Numbered from the stretch's first letter, positions 1 to 13,109 are shown. The stretch is DNA of 64,000 nt from the human T2T-CHM13v2.0 reference genome, Homo sapiens (GCF_009914755.1 NC_060925.1), one strand, 5' to 3'. Numbers and translations are program-made. The notes: a model not told the origin generated them from the sequence alone.

Positions 1-833
1 ACACAAACACACACAGTAGCCTAGGCCTACACAGGGTCAGGATCAGCAATATCACTGTCTTCCACCTCCACATCTTGTCCCAGTAGAAGGTCTTCAGGGG
101 CAATAACATATACGGAGCTGTCATCTCTTATGATAACAATGCCTTCTTCTGGATTCCTCCTGAAGGAACCGCCTGAGCCTGTTTTACAGTTAACTTTTTT
201 TTTTTAATAAGTAGAACGAGTACTCTAAAATAATAAAAAGTATAGTAAATACATAACAGTAACAGTCACTTATCAAGTATTATATACTATATATAATTAC
301 ATGTGCTGTGCTTTATTTTATTTATTTTTTGAGATGGAGTCTCACTCTGTTACCCAGACTGGAGTGCAGTGGTGTGATATCAGCTCACTGCAACCTCCGT
401 CTCCAGGGTTCAAGTGATTCTTCTCCTGTCTCATCCTCCTGAGTAACTGGGACTACAGGCACCCGCCACCACGCCTGACTAGTTTCTGTTTTTTTAGTAG
501 AGAAGGGGTTTTACTATATTGGTCAGGCTGGCCTCGAACTCCTGACTCCAGGTGATCCACCCTCCTCAGCCTCCCACAGTGCTAGGATTACAGGCGTGAG
601 CCACCATGCCCGGCCTAGCATGTGCTATGTTTTTATACAACTGACAGCACAGTAAGTGTGTTTATATCAGCATCACCACAAACACATGAGTAATGGGTTG
701 TGCTAGGACATTATAATGACTATGATGTCACTAGACCATAGGGATTTTTCAGCTCCATTGTAATCTTATGGGACCACCATTGTGTATGTGGTCTGTCATT
801 GACCGAACTATCATTTTGCGGTATATGACTGTA
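1..833. mobile_element. Tigger3/Golem-type DNA transposon (TcMar-Tigger), interrupted by an antisense Alu at about 313-616
   Basis: Matches recalled Tigger3 sequence (TAGCCTAGGCCTACACAGGGTCAGGATC...GTCTGTCATTGACCGAA...ATGACTGTA terminus). Confidence 0.8.
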
Positions 834-1239
834 TAACTTTCTCCATAGACAAGCATAAGGAAACCCAGCTCAATGGGAAAGCTAAATGGAGGGGAATTGC
901 ATAAGACAGCTCCCAAATGACATTTTAACCTGATGCCTGTGTCATCAGCAGAGCAGCTTATTGGGGACTGGCATAGGAAGAAGTTTATAACCCATTCTGT
1001 GGGATAGAGATTCAACATGCTCGCATTACCTCAGGCTGTTTCTTCATCTAAAAAATAGGATTAATAATACCCACCTTATGGGATAGCTGCAAGAATTAAG
1101 TGACATGTGACAATGCCTAGTCCAGTTCCCTGGTTCATAGTGAATGATAAGAAATGTTAGCTCGCTTACCACACTATTGTCAACCCCCATTGCCCATCAC
1201 CACTATTGTAGGGGTTACAGTGCTTTCTAAAGAGGAGGT

Positions 1240-2139
<900 letters not shown>

Positions 2140-2393
2140 TGAGGCTGCAGTGCTTGCTTTGGCAACACATAAACTAAAGAGGAGACATCCGTGAGTGATT
2201 GTTTAATATTTTTGGAATGAGAGTTGTGTGAGAAAATAGAAATATCATAAATGAAAGCCTCATCTATATAAATTTAACTATTATAGTCTTGCGCCCTAGA
2301 GGTTGGGGGTCCTTTCTTCAGATCATTGTGTTGCTCTCATTCCCCATTATTGCTCCTGGAAATTAAAAACAGACACAGAGTGAAACATCATTT

Positions 2394-2399
2394 TTTATT
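2394..2399 (-). terminator. LEFTY2: LEFTY2 polyadenylation signal AATAAA (3' UTR about 2375-3218)
   Basis: TTTATT on + at 2394-2399, followed on the minus strand by GT-rich sequence (TGATGTTTCACTCTGTGTCTGTTTTT). Confidence 0.8.
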
Positions 2400-3040
2400 T
2401 CTTCTGAGTATCTACATTCAATTGCTTTAGCTAAATTAACAAAAAACATGCAAATACATGTGGTTTCTGGTGACAAGTTCTCTAAGACAGTGTGGGAAAT
2501 GACCTAAATATGCACGGGCAAGGCTCAGTCTCCAGAGGAGTGGGCAGGGGTAGGTAGGGGCTGTCTGATCCCCAGGGCAATGAAGTTCTTAGAGCTGAAG
2601 CCCAGCTCCTCCTTTTTAAGAGGAAATGACGAGCCAAAGCCTTCTGCGTTTGTTAGAGATCCTAGCTTGTGGCCCTGTCAGAACCAGAATCCAGGTATCC
2701 CAATTCCCTGTCCACTGCCCCCAGCCTGAAGCCCTTCATCCTTCCTCTTAGCACCCTCTCAGGGGAACAGGGGCCTAGGTATGTTTACAAAAGTCCAGAA
2801 TGGGTCAGTATTTGGGGGAAATAGAGATTTGAAGGTTTTAATTCCTCATATAACACAGCAATTCAGTTCTGTTTCCCCAGTTCTAATCATAGGGTATTAT
2901 TGTTCCAGACTCAGTGAAGAATTTGCCAGAGAACAGAAACTCCCAGCTGAAAATGTGTGCATTGCTCAGCTGTATCTTGTAATCAGCATGCCAGCATTTC
3001 CTACTAGAGCTCAGCATCTGAGCTGCATTATTTACTCACG

Positions 3041-3049
3041 TAAGTGCTT
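3041..3049 (-). promoter_or_regulatory. miR-302/372/430-family 8mer target site in LEFTY2 3' UTR
   Basis: The + strand TAAGTGCTT equals nt 1-9 of miR-302, so the mRNA reads AAGCACTTA. Regulation of Lefty by this family is established. Confidence 0.85.
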
Positions 3050-3218
3050 AGGATGGGTGATGGACGGGAAAGACAGGAAATGGAAGGACACAGGGCGAAG
3101 GTCACACAGGAGCACTAAATTGGGATGGAGTAACTTGCTAAGTATAAAGTTAAGACCTACATTAAGACCACCTCTATGCACACGTTCAGTTAGAGGGCTC
3201 AATGGATACACCAGGCGC

Positions 3219-3582
3219 CTATGGCTGGAGCCTCCTTGGCACGAGCGCCCCATCCGAGGCACAGCTGCACTTCTGCACCCTCATGTTGGGCAGGCTGACC
3301 ACCTGGGGCCTGGTCCTGCCTCCCTCCTTGATGCTGACGATCATGGGCAGCGAGGCAGTCTCCGAGGCGATACACTGTCGCGGCCCCAGAAATGGCCAAT
3401 TGAAGGCCAGGGCCTCCGGGGGCTGCTGGCAGGTGCCCACACACTCGTAAGCCAGGAAGCCCGGGGGCTCCAGCACCCAGTTCTTGGCCCACTTCATCCC
3501 CTGCAGGTCAATGTACATCTCCTGGCGGCAGCAGCGGGTGCCCTCGGTCATTGGTGCTTCAGGGTCACAGTCGCCCTGAGCT
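3219..3582 (-). CDS. LEFTY2: LEFTY2 exon 4 coding part (TGF-beta cystine-knot domain)
   Basis: Acceptor CACACAG|A at 3583/3582. Encodes [26 protein letters not shown]...[16 protein letters not shown], stop TAG at 3221-3219. The exons sum to 250+247+240+364=1101 nt, i.e. 366 aa plus stop, matching LEFTY2. Confidence 0.98.
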
Positions 3583-4234
3583 CTGTGTGGGCAAGGAGAG
3601 CAGGGTCAGAGGTCATCTGGGAAGGCTGAAGTCAGAAGGCCTGGGGCACAGCTTAGTGGGCACCTGGGAGGGAGGTTTATGATCCAGCTCTCACTATGTT
3701 CTAAAAGCTGGATATTTGTGAGAAGATGAATAAACATATCTGAAACATAAATAATAAATCAGCTACTATTAATTAAAGGTCTCCTAATAGGCCAGACAAT
3801 GAACTAGGTACTTCACATGTATTATCTCAGGTGATGTCTGCATTTCATCCTCAGGTAGGTTCCAGCATTATCCCCATTCCACCTGAGGCCACTGACACCC
3901 AGAGGTGTTCGGTGATGGGCCAGAGGACCTACAGCCAGTGGAAGGCAGAGCTAGATGGAGCCCAGGCCAACCGGCTCCAAGGCCTCTTCTTAACCACTGT
4001 GCTACACAGCCCCCATCTGCTCCAGAGAGCTAACTTGTCCATGAGAAAGAATTCACCAAAGCAGGAGGAAAGCTCATCGCCCCTAGTAACAGCTAAAGCT
4101 AGGATTTTTCAAAGATTTAATCATGGAGAAGGGTAAAGTGAAAGTAGATGATTACAATCGTGTATATGGAGTCAATGGCAATAGAAAAATCCATTGAAGA
4201 TTGTCAAAGATATTTTTAAATAAAATAAATCATA

Positions 4235-4950
<716 letters not shown>

Positions 4951-5140
4951 AACAATACAATTTCTGCCATTAGAAACCCTGACATGTAGTGGGCAATCGC
5001 TGGCATCCTGGGACAGTCTGCACCGCGCTCTCCCTACCCCTAGCCCACCGCCACCATCCGGTCCCCCAGACAGTCCTGGGGACGGGGGTCTGGACCACTC
5101 AGTGGCTGCTTGCCTCCCTTCTGCCCAGTCCTGCACCTAC

Positions 5141-5380
5141 CCATAGTCCCTGAGGTCCAGGGTGTGCAGCTCCAGCTGGGGCTCCCCAAGCCCGGCTGGC
5201 GCCCCCTGCGAGGCAAAGCGGACCAGCTTGTGGGCGCCGGACGCCAGCGGGCCCAGATGCTCCCTCTGCACCGACACCTGTAGCAGCAGCGGCTGCCGGG
5301 GCCGGCTCAGCTGCTGCCAGAAGTTCACGGCCTCGGTCACGTCGAAGGCCTTCCAGCCGCTCTCGTGGACGGACACCAGC
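5141..5380 (-). CDS. LEFTY2: LEFTY2 exon 3
   Basis: Acceptor TCTCAG|G at 5381/5380. Encodes [24 protein letters not shown]...[10 protein letters not shown]. Donor GG|GTAGGT at 5141/5140; 240 nt. Confidence 0.97.
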
Positions 5381-5830
5381 CTGAGACATGATACACACGA
5401 CACGGAGACCCAGCGCCGCTTGAGGGCGGGGACTGGGACGGGCCCCGAGGACCCTGCACCGCCCCCTGCGTCCCCGCCCCCAAGCCGGGCCGAGCAGCCT
5501 CCTACTCCTGCCCTGCGCGCCCGCGCGACCCCCACCTGGAGTCGATGAGGGAGGTGCGGTTGGAGCCGTCGTCGCGGACGCGCAGCCACTCGACGGTCAC
5601 CCGGGCCTGGGCGCTGCGCGGGGACAGCCGCCCGTGCCTGTGCAGCGCGGCCTTGGGGACCGGCTCCTGGAAGAGCCGCAGCACGGCCTGCACCAGCTCG
5701 CTGTTGGGCGGCAGCCGCTGCTCCATGCCGAACACCAGCAGGTGTGTGCTGGCCTCCGACGCCAGGAACCTGCCGGCCACCTCTGGGGACAAGAGCAGGG
5801 TCAGCAGGGCCTCCCCGGACTCCAGCGGAG
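5190..5830. other. Intragenic CpG island over LEFTY2 exons 2-3 and intron 2
   Basis: Visibly very GC- and CpG-rich (e.g. CCCTGCGCGCCCGCGCGACC, GTCGCGGACGCGC) compared with the flanks; not computed. Confidence 0.75.
5536..5782 (-). CDS. LEFTY2: LEFTY2 exon 2
   Basis: Acceptor CCCCAG|AG at 5783/5782. Encodes [32 protein letters not shown]...RHGR...SLIDSR. Donor AG|GTGGGG at 5536/5535; 247 nt, frame consistent. Confidence 0.97.
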
Positions 5831-6670
5831 CTCTGAGGATGGCAGGGCCACTGAGCTGGCAGCCAGGCCAGGAGACACCGGCCCTGTTCTATCTCTGGGG
5901 CAAACCCAGTTTACAAATCTTCCTTGGATCTGGGCCTTGTTTAGTAACAATTTCCATCCAGCAGGCAGGGGGGCCTGTGGGACCCTGGCTAGCAAGTTTG
6001 CCTCAGCTGAGATGCTGGGAGCAGAATCCTCACCCAGGTGCCTGGCACTGGCTCTAGCTCTGGGCACTGAGGAGCTAGGGAGGCGAGAGGCTGCAGGAGG
6101 ATTCAGGCCCAGTTGCACCCCTGACAGCCAGGTATAACCCAGGTAGTCTACTTAGGTATTTTTCAGTTATCCAAACACGCTTCTATCCACAAGGACTCAC
6201 TTTGACGTTCACAGTGCTGGGAGATGGCGAAGACATAGTCATACCCCTGTTCCAGATGAGCACATGGTGGAGAGAGGATTTTAAAGCCATTTACTCAAGG
6301 TCAGGCTCAGACCAGAGTGGCAGTGTGAAAACATACCCTGGGAGTCCAGCTGCACCAAGTGCCTTGAGGCACACACTCACCTGCTCCCCCAGCTCTACTT
6401 TCTCTCCTCTACCCTCCCCTTCTCTGAAGTCTTGGTTTTTCCAGCAGGTCTAGCCTGGTGCACCTCCCCTGGGCTGGAGGGGGGCCTCAGTGCACAGCTG
6501 GAGACCCTGGACCCAGGCCCGGCTCCTCCTCACTGCTCCTTGGACCGTGGCCCTCACACAGCCTCCCACAGAGTCCCAAAAGGCCAGGGGCCCTTCGACA
6601 CCTCCAGAGTGGGCACAACCGGCCTGCCCCCGACCATGGGACCGGGGCCAGCAGGGAGGGAGGGTCTCAC

Positions 6671-6920
6671 CTCGGAAGCTCTGGCTGAACCTCTTTCCGC
6701 GGGAGCGGTCCCCGTGGCTGCGCCGCAGCAGGACTACATACTGGGCCCTCACGTGGGCGGGGATGACCAGCTTCTCCATGTCGGCCCTGTCCAGTACGGG
6801 CACCTCGCTGAGCTGCAGCTGCCGCAGCAGGCTGCCCAGGAGCTGCTCCTCGGTCAGGGCCGCCCCGGGGCCAGCCAGGGGCAGCACCCAGAGTGCCCAG
6901 CAGAGCCACAGGGGCCACAT
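6671..6920 (-). CDS. LEFTY2: LEFTY2 exon 1 coding part (signal peptide and prodomain, includes RGKR convertase site)
   Basis: ATG at 6920 reads [83 protein letters not shown]. Residues MWP, AGPG, TEEQ, SEVPV and EKLV distinguish LEFTY2 from LEFTY1. Donor G|GTGAG at 6671/6670; 250 nt. Confidence 0.98.
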
Positions 6921-7023
6921 GGTGCTGCCCTGGGGGAGCAGGAGGCAGAGTGGGGCTGTCCTCTAGGGAGGTTGAAGGAGGGTCTCAGGCAGCTGGGTGT
7001 GCTGAGAGCCAGGCTGGGCCAGC

Positions 7024-7029
7024 TTTATA
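7024..7029 (-). promoter_or_regulatory. LEFTY2: LEFTY2 TATA box (TSS about 6995-7000)
   Basis: CTATAAAG on the minus strand, about 105 nt upstream of the ATG. Confidence 0.85.
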
Positions 7030-7551
7030 GCTGGCCCTGGGCTGGCCTGGGGTGAAGGGAAGAGGGAGGGAGGGAGGGAGGGAGGTCACACCCCTGGGAC
7101 CTCCTGGGAGCTCACAGCCAGACAGGTCCCTGAGCCTGGAGGAGGGGGCTGTCTAGAAAGGACAGGGCTGTCTGGATGCCACCCAGGCCTGGGGCCTCTG
7201 GCTGTGCTGTCAGCAGCTTGACAATATTTTTAGTGCCTGTTGAATTTTCCTGGCCTTACCCCAGCCCTGTTCTATGAAAAAGTGAGTCTATTCTGTGAAA
7301 AACAAAGTCCTGCTAGCCAGCTGCTTAAATCTCTTTAAGTCTCTTCTGGAGGCTGGGCTGGGTCCAGGTCTGCAAATCATAAAGGAAGGGCGGGAAGGAT
7401 TCTGCCTTCCTGCTGGTTCTGGCCACATTCACAGAAGCCCCTTGGTCATCTCCCTCCAACCTACACTCCTTGCACACCCCCTGCCTCTCCCCACACCAGG
7501 GGTCCCTCAGGGTTGTCGCACCGTCCTTGCCCTCCCCCCATGACATCCTCT

Positions 7552-7559
7552 GTCTAGAC
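7552..7559. promoter_or_regulatory. Palindromic SMAD3/4 binding element GTCTAGAC
   Basis: Exact 8-bp SBE palindrome about 550 bp upstream of the TSS of a TGF-beta/Nodal-responsive gene. Further CAGAC/GTCT half-sites at 7119, 7151 and 7170. Confidence 0.6.
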
Positions 7560-7924
7560 ACGGTCAGGACACAAATCTGGCAGCTCTACTGTCTTTAGGA
7601 GTCCCAGGAACAGCAATTTCAGCAAGTGCCTTTGCAGTCACGTGACCACAGCACAGGAGTCCTCCCTTCAGACAGCAGAATTATTCTGGGGTGTGCTCTC
7701 CCCAGTGAGCTGGCTGGCCGGTTCATGCCACCAGCACTCAGCTGGAGCCCAGGTCATTTCCAGACACAGACAAGGGACAGGGACTTAGAAAGCAGAGGCC
7801 AGAGCTGCCCAAAGGCATGGCCTGTCCAAAGCCACAGGTACTGGGGGCAGATTGAGGTGGGAGCCCCCCTGTGTCTCTTCAAACACACATTTTAGACTGG
7901 CCACGTTCAAATATGAGAACTGCC

Positions 7925-8125
7925 ATCTGCTAACTGTTTGACCTGCTAGCAAGTGAGTTAACTTCTCAGTGCCTCAGTTTCCTCATCTACAGAAAGAGGG
8001 TGATGATCATAAGGTCTTCTTCATAGGGTTAGTGTGAAGATTAAATGCATTAATACATGCAGGATGTTTCACCCAGTGTCTAGTGACAGGTAAACACTCT
8101 GTAAGGGTTTGCTATCATTATTATC
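7925..8125. mobile_element. MIR remnant (others near 1020-1170, 3800-4010, 6200-6300, 9640-9820, 23930-24000, 38770-38940, 45540-45750)
   Basis: MIR core motif CTCAGTTTCCTCATCT...AGGGT..TGTGAAGATTAAATG. Confidence 0.7.
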
Positions 8126-8187
8126 TGCCTGAAATCTGCATTCACAGGGTCGTGGCTTTTTGCATTTTTTTTTTTTTTTTGACGTAG

Positions 8188-8337
<150 letters not shown>

Positions 8338-8844
8338 TAGTAGAGATGGGGTTTCACCGTGTCAGCCAGAATGGTCTCGATCCCCTGACCTGGTGATCCG
8401 CCTGCCTTGGCCTCCCAGAGTGCTGGGATTACAGGCATGAGCCACCGTGCCGGGCCAGGTCGTGGCTTTTTATAAAACTCTCAACAACAATAATAGCACA
8501 CATTTCCTGAGTGCATGTGCCAGTCATTGTTCTAAGCTCTGAATGTGTATTCACACAGCCCTTAGGAGGCAGGTGTCAGTTTCAGGTGCATCTTGCAGAT
8601 GCAAGGTCAGACCACTGCCTGGGGAAGTGACCTGCTCGCCAACCTCAATGAAGGGCTTGGGAGCTAAATGGAGCCTCTGTCTCTGTAGGCATCTCCTTCT
8701 GGCACTGGCATAGGGGATTTGAGGATGTGCAGGGGGAAGCTCTTCCCAAAACTCCACAGCCTCACTTGCCCATGTTCTGTCGCATGAGTAAGGATGGTGG
8801 AGGAGGACAAGGACCCTGGGCCAAGGGGGCTGCCGGGCAAGGGG

Positions 8845-9009
8845 CATCCCCCTTCACCTTCTAAATGGGGGCACTCTGGCCCCTTTGTGGGAATGCTGTG
8901 TCACTGACAGGTCTCTCCATGTCATCCCCCTTCACCTTCTAAATGGGGGCACTCTGGCCCCTTTGTGGGAATGCTGTGTCACTGACAGGTCTCTCCATGT
9001 CATCCCCCT
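8845..9009. repeat. Perfect tandem duplication, 78-bp unit, about 2.1 copies
   Basis: The unit CATCCCCCTTCACCTTCTAAATGGGGGCACTCTGGCCCCTTTGTGGGAATGCTGTGTCACTGACAGGTCTCTCCATGT starts at 8845 and again at 8923; CATCCCCCT recurs at 9001. Confidence 0.97.
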
Positions 9010-10728
9010 GCTTCTGTCCTCAAACATTTCAGGCAGAGGAAGAGGGAATCTTCTGGTGCTCGAAGGTGGAATTTCTTTTGGATGAAAGCCCAGGGACTTC
9101 ATGCCACCACATATATATGCAAATGCATATGTATATGTATATGGAAGTCTCATATTTGAACCCAGCCAGTCTACAGTGTGTGTTTGAGGAGGCATGGGGG
9201 GCTCCCACCTCAATCTGCCCCCAGTACCTGTGGCTTTGTACAGGCCATGCCTCTGGGCAGTTTTGGCCTCTGTTTTCTAGGTTTCTGTCCCTTGTTCTGT
9301 GTCTGGAAATGACCTGGGCTCCAGCTGAGTGCTGGTGGCATGAGCCAGTCCACTAGCTCACTGGGGAGAGCATACCCCAGAATGATACTGCTGTCTGAAG
9401 GGCTTTTAGCAGTGTGTGTGTTGGGGGAGTGTTTAGCATCAGAGAAGGGGGAGGGATAAGAATAACACTGATAATAAACGTAATGGGCTGAGTGTGGTGT
9501 GACTCACGCCTGTAATCTCAGCACTCGGGGAGGCCAAGGCAGGAGGATCACTTGAGGCCAGGAGTTCGAGGCCAGCCTGAACAATGTAGCAAGACCCCAT
9601 CTCTACAGATAAGCATAAATAATAACCACAATGGCTAATAGTGCTTGTGGGCCATGCACTGTTCTGAATGTTTTATATTTATTGTTAACTCTTTATTCTC
9701 ACCATAACTTGAGGAGGAAGTTGCTGTTATTATTTCCTTTTTATAGATGAAGAAACTGAGCATAAAACTGCTGTCTGACTAGCCCAAAGTCATACAGATA
9801 GTAGATGCTAGAGCTCAGGGTATCTGAAGGGAAGGAACAGGGATTTGGTCACATGTGTCCACAAACCAAGGTAAGAGGAAATACAGAAATCCTAACAGCT
9901 GACCCCGGGGTGGGAGAAGGAGACCCTTGGGGTCATAGAATCATGACCTCAGCTGCTTCTCTGTTTCCCTTTCCTTTTCTCTCCCATCTATATTTCCGTG
10001 GGATTTGTGTAATTCACAAGGAGGAATTCAAATCCCATCTTGGCACTCATCTCCCATAGTTGGAACATCCCGTGAAATATAAATTCCCACCACTGTGTCC
10101 GGTCCAAACAAGACCTCCTGTTCTCTCTGTGACAAGGGTAGCTTTCTTCAAAAGAGAAGCTGTTGCCTTTCTTTGCAAGTGATTAACAGGGAAAGGACTT
10201 ACTTGATGCAAACATTTGGGTCTTAAGTCAGGCCAAAAGGTGCAGAAGTGTCACATTTACAGGCAAGCCGGGACCTGCGGGCCTCAGTCTCTGGAAGCTG
10301 TTCTGGGCTGGTGTTTCATAAATATGCAATAGTCCACTACCCTTGCTGCTGGGTGACAGGAAGCCCTGTGGCTTATCACTGGTGCCAAGGATATCACACC
10401 CAGGCTGTCCTTGCATGCCACTACCCCCTCCCCAGAACCCCAACATATAGACCCACTGGGAGCTCACTAAGGCTGGACACTCACAATGAGACCTCACAGG
10501 CCCCTGTTCTGGTTTAGCAGGGACCTGCTGTTCCAGGGCTGAGGGAGGCCAGGCCCCTGCTGCTGCTGCTTCCCTGACCTGCAGATGCCCATTCGAGGTT
10601 CTCTTCCAGCTATGAAACACCACAGGGCTGAGAACCTCTGGAAGTCCCCAGGGATTCAGGAGCTCCTTCTACATCTGGGGTAACAGACCAGCTAAATTGA
10701 AACCTCATTTCCAGAGAAGATAGCAAAG

Positions 10729-10809
10729 TGGAGGGACCCCCCTACACCTTCTTGATTCCCTGCCTCCCCCTGGAGGGACCCCCCACCTTCTTGATTCCCT
10801 GCCTCCCCC
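10729..10809. repeat. Short tandem duplication, about 42-bp unit x2
   Basis: TGGAGGGACCCCCC(TAC)ACCTTCTTGATTCCCTGCCTCCCCC at 10729 and 10771, differing by a 3-nt indel. Confidence 0.92.
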
Positions 10810-11419
10810 AGATGTCTTGCTGATATTTCTGCATCGGCCCCTCAGCACAGGACCAAAGCTAGAGCAGAGCCCTCAACAGGAAGTGAAACTACACAGTCAA
10901 TATCCAGCCTCTCTAAGGACCGATCCTGCCTGCAGGGATGGGTGTCTGGGACGTAGTGCTCAGGGTGGCCCTGGGGGCCGCTGGTAGCCTGGGCAAGTGA
11001 TCCACGATTGGGAAACTGAGATCCCTTCCTGATGTTGGGGGACCTCCCTTAGGTGGAGGAGCTGGGGAACATTTAGCACCAATGGAGGGGTTTGTCCAGC
11101 CAGACGCGACTTACCCTCTTTATTTCACCTGCTAGTTTGTAGAATCAGAGAGAGCTTAGCACTGAAATTGGCTATCCAGGCCATGCTCCTGCCCCCCGGG
11201 TTTTAGAAACGAGAAAATGAGGCTCAGAGAGATGACATCTTCCCCAAACACACACAGTCGATGATCCACGATCAATACCCCCATAAAGTCAGGTCTTCCC
11301 ACTCCCAGACCAAAGTTCTTTCCATGCCCTCAAACTATTTCCAGTCCTGCCCTGACCCCCTGAAGCCAGTAGGGTCATCTGTCAGCCCCAGGCAAGCTGG
11401 GGACTCAGTCAACCCAGGG

Positions 11420-11690
11420 TCGGGTCTGGGCAGGGGGCAGGGAGGCGTGAGAAGCAGACAAACAGACAAAGGCCAAATCCCCCAGACTCCTGAGGCCCAA
11501 GATACAGGCCTGGGTCCTAAATGTGGATTCCCGGCAGCCTGAAGAGTTTTGTTGGGGAAATAAAATAATTGGGCAATTAGCTAGCAGCCAAAAGAAGAGC
11601 TTGAATGTGGATTGGGAAACTTTTTACAATGGTCTGATTAGTCGTCAGGAGAGAGGGCAGCCACCCTTTGTCATGCAGTGGAAGGAGCTG
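11420..11690. promoter_or_regulatory. Probable LEFTY2 Nodal-responsive left-side (ASE-type) enhancer with paired FOXH1 sites
   Basis: TGTGGATT at 11522-11529 and 11606-11613; CAGAC/GTCTG SMAD motifs at 11424, 11455, 11463, 11483 and 11632; SOX motif ACAATGG at 11626. It lies about 4.5 kb upstream in non-repeat sequence, resembling the mouse Lefty2 ASE. Confidence 0.75.
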
Positions 11691-12329
11691 GGCCTCTGAG
11701 GGTCTGAGTGGAGAGTCTGGCTGTGGGGTCAGGTCAGGCTTGAAAAATTGTAAAAAAAGCCTCTTCTGTCCTGGTGGGAGGGACGGTGTTTGAAGAACAG
11801 GGAATACTACTTAACCAAGCTGTCTCAATCAAAAATTACTAAAGTGGAAAAAATGCAGACTGTTTCTGAACCTCTATTGTTAGGGGTTTTAAGATGTTGT
11901 GAAGACTTTTTTTTCTTTGGAGATGTTATGTTGCAGATGCTCTAGGTGTAATTGTATGGATGCTGTGTGAGGATGTGGATGCTTTGCACTGCCAGCTGTT
12001 TTGTTGGTGTGCATATCCGTTAGGACTGAGGCACTTAGGACCAAAGTCTCTTCCAACCCAGATGACCTTCAGATAACCCAAACTTCTCCGCTTGCTCTGT
12101 CCTCCCTGGACCACTCCTGTCTCCCTAATATGGTGTTATCCGTCCCAGCCATCCCACCCACCCAGCTTGGCCATGATGGAGCCACGAGGCAAGCTGCCCC
12201 TGAGCTTTGGGGATGGGCTCCCCATTCCTCACCTCCTCTTAGCCCCAGACAGCTTTTCCACAACCCACTGCTCCAGCACCTCCCACCTTCCACCAGGTCT
12301 GGGGATGTTCCATGGGGGAGTCTCTGGGA

Positions 12330-12480
12330 CTAGTGATTTCTGCCCAGAATCACCTGAGAAACCTGTGTAAATACAGATTCCTGGACCCCAACTCAGGCCT
12401 CCTGAATGGACTTTGCTGGGGGCAGTGTCCAGTAATCTGAGTGTTAAAGATTCTATGCGCATTAGGTTTGAGAAGCAGGG
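12330..12480. mobile_element. MER5A-like hAT-Charlie DNA element
   Basis: AGAATCACCTG...AAATACAGATTCCTGGACCCCA...GTTTGAGAA resembles the recalled MER5A consensus. Confidence 0.6.
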
Positions 12481-12713
12481 GAGGGTGAGGATAGGTGGGG
12501 GCCAATAGCAGGCAAGGAAGCTGCCGGAGAATTCAGGTGAGAAGAACTCCGTCATTCCATTACACTTATAACCTGGCCCTTCTGGATGATTCCTCCACTT
12601 CATGATTGCCAGTGATGAGAGAAAAGAACACAAATGGGAACAAACTAGAAAAACATTTTTTCCTGAGGTATTTTCTGGGCTTTCTCTGAATATTTGAGAG
12701 TAAGAACAGGTGA

Positions 12714-13109
<396 letters not shown>

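Noticed and set aside
2781-3629. 282-aa + strand ORF antisense to LEFTY2 exon 4 and 3' UTR
   Set aside because: About half is the antisense shadow of GC-rich coding sequence. It has no recognisable domain, promoter or splice support, so it is most likely chance.
5099-7055. Many overlapping 80-200 aa ORFs in other frames and strands over LEFTY2 exons 1-3
   Set aside because: Stop-poor GC-rich shadows of the real exons. The LEFTY2 ORFs in the track also run into introns past the true splice sites.
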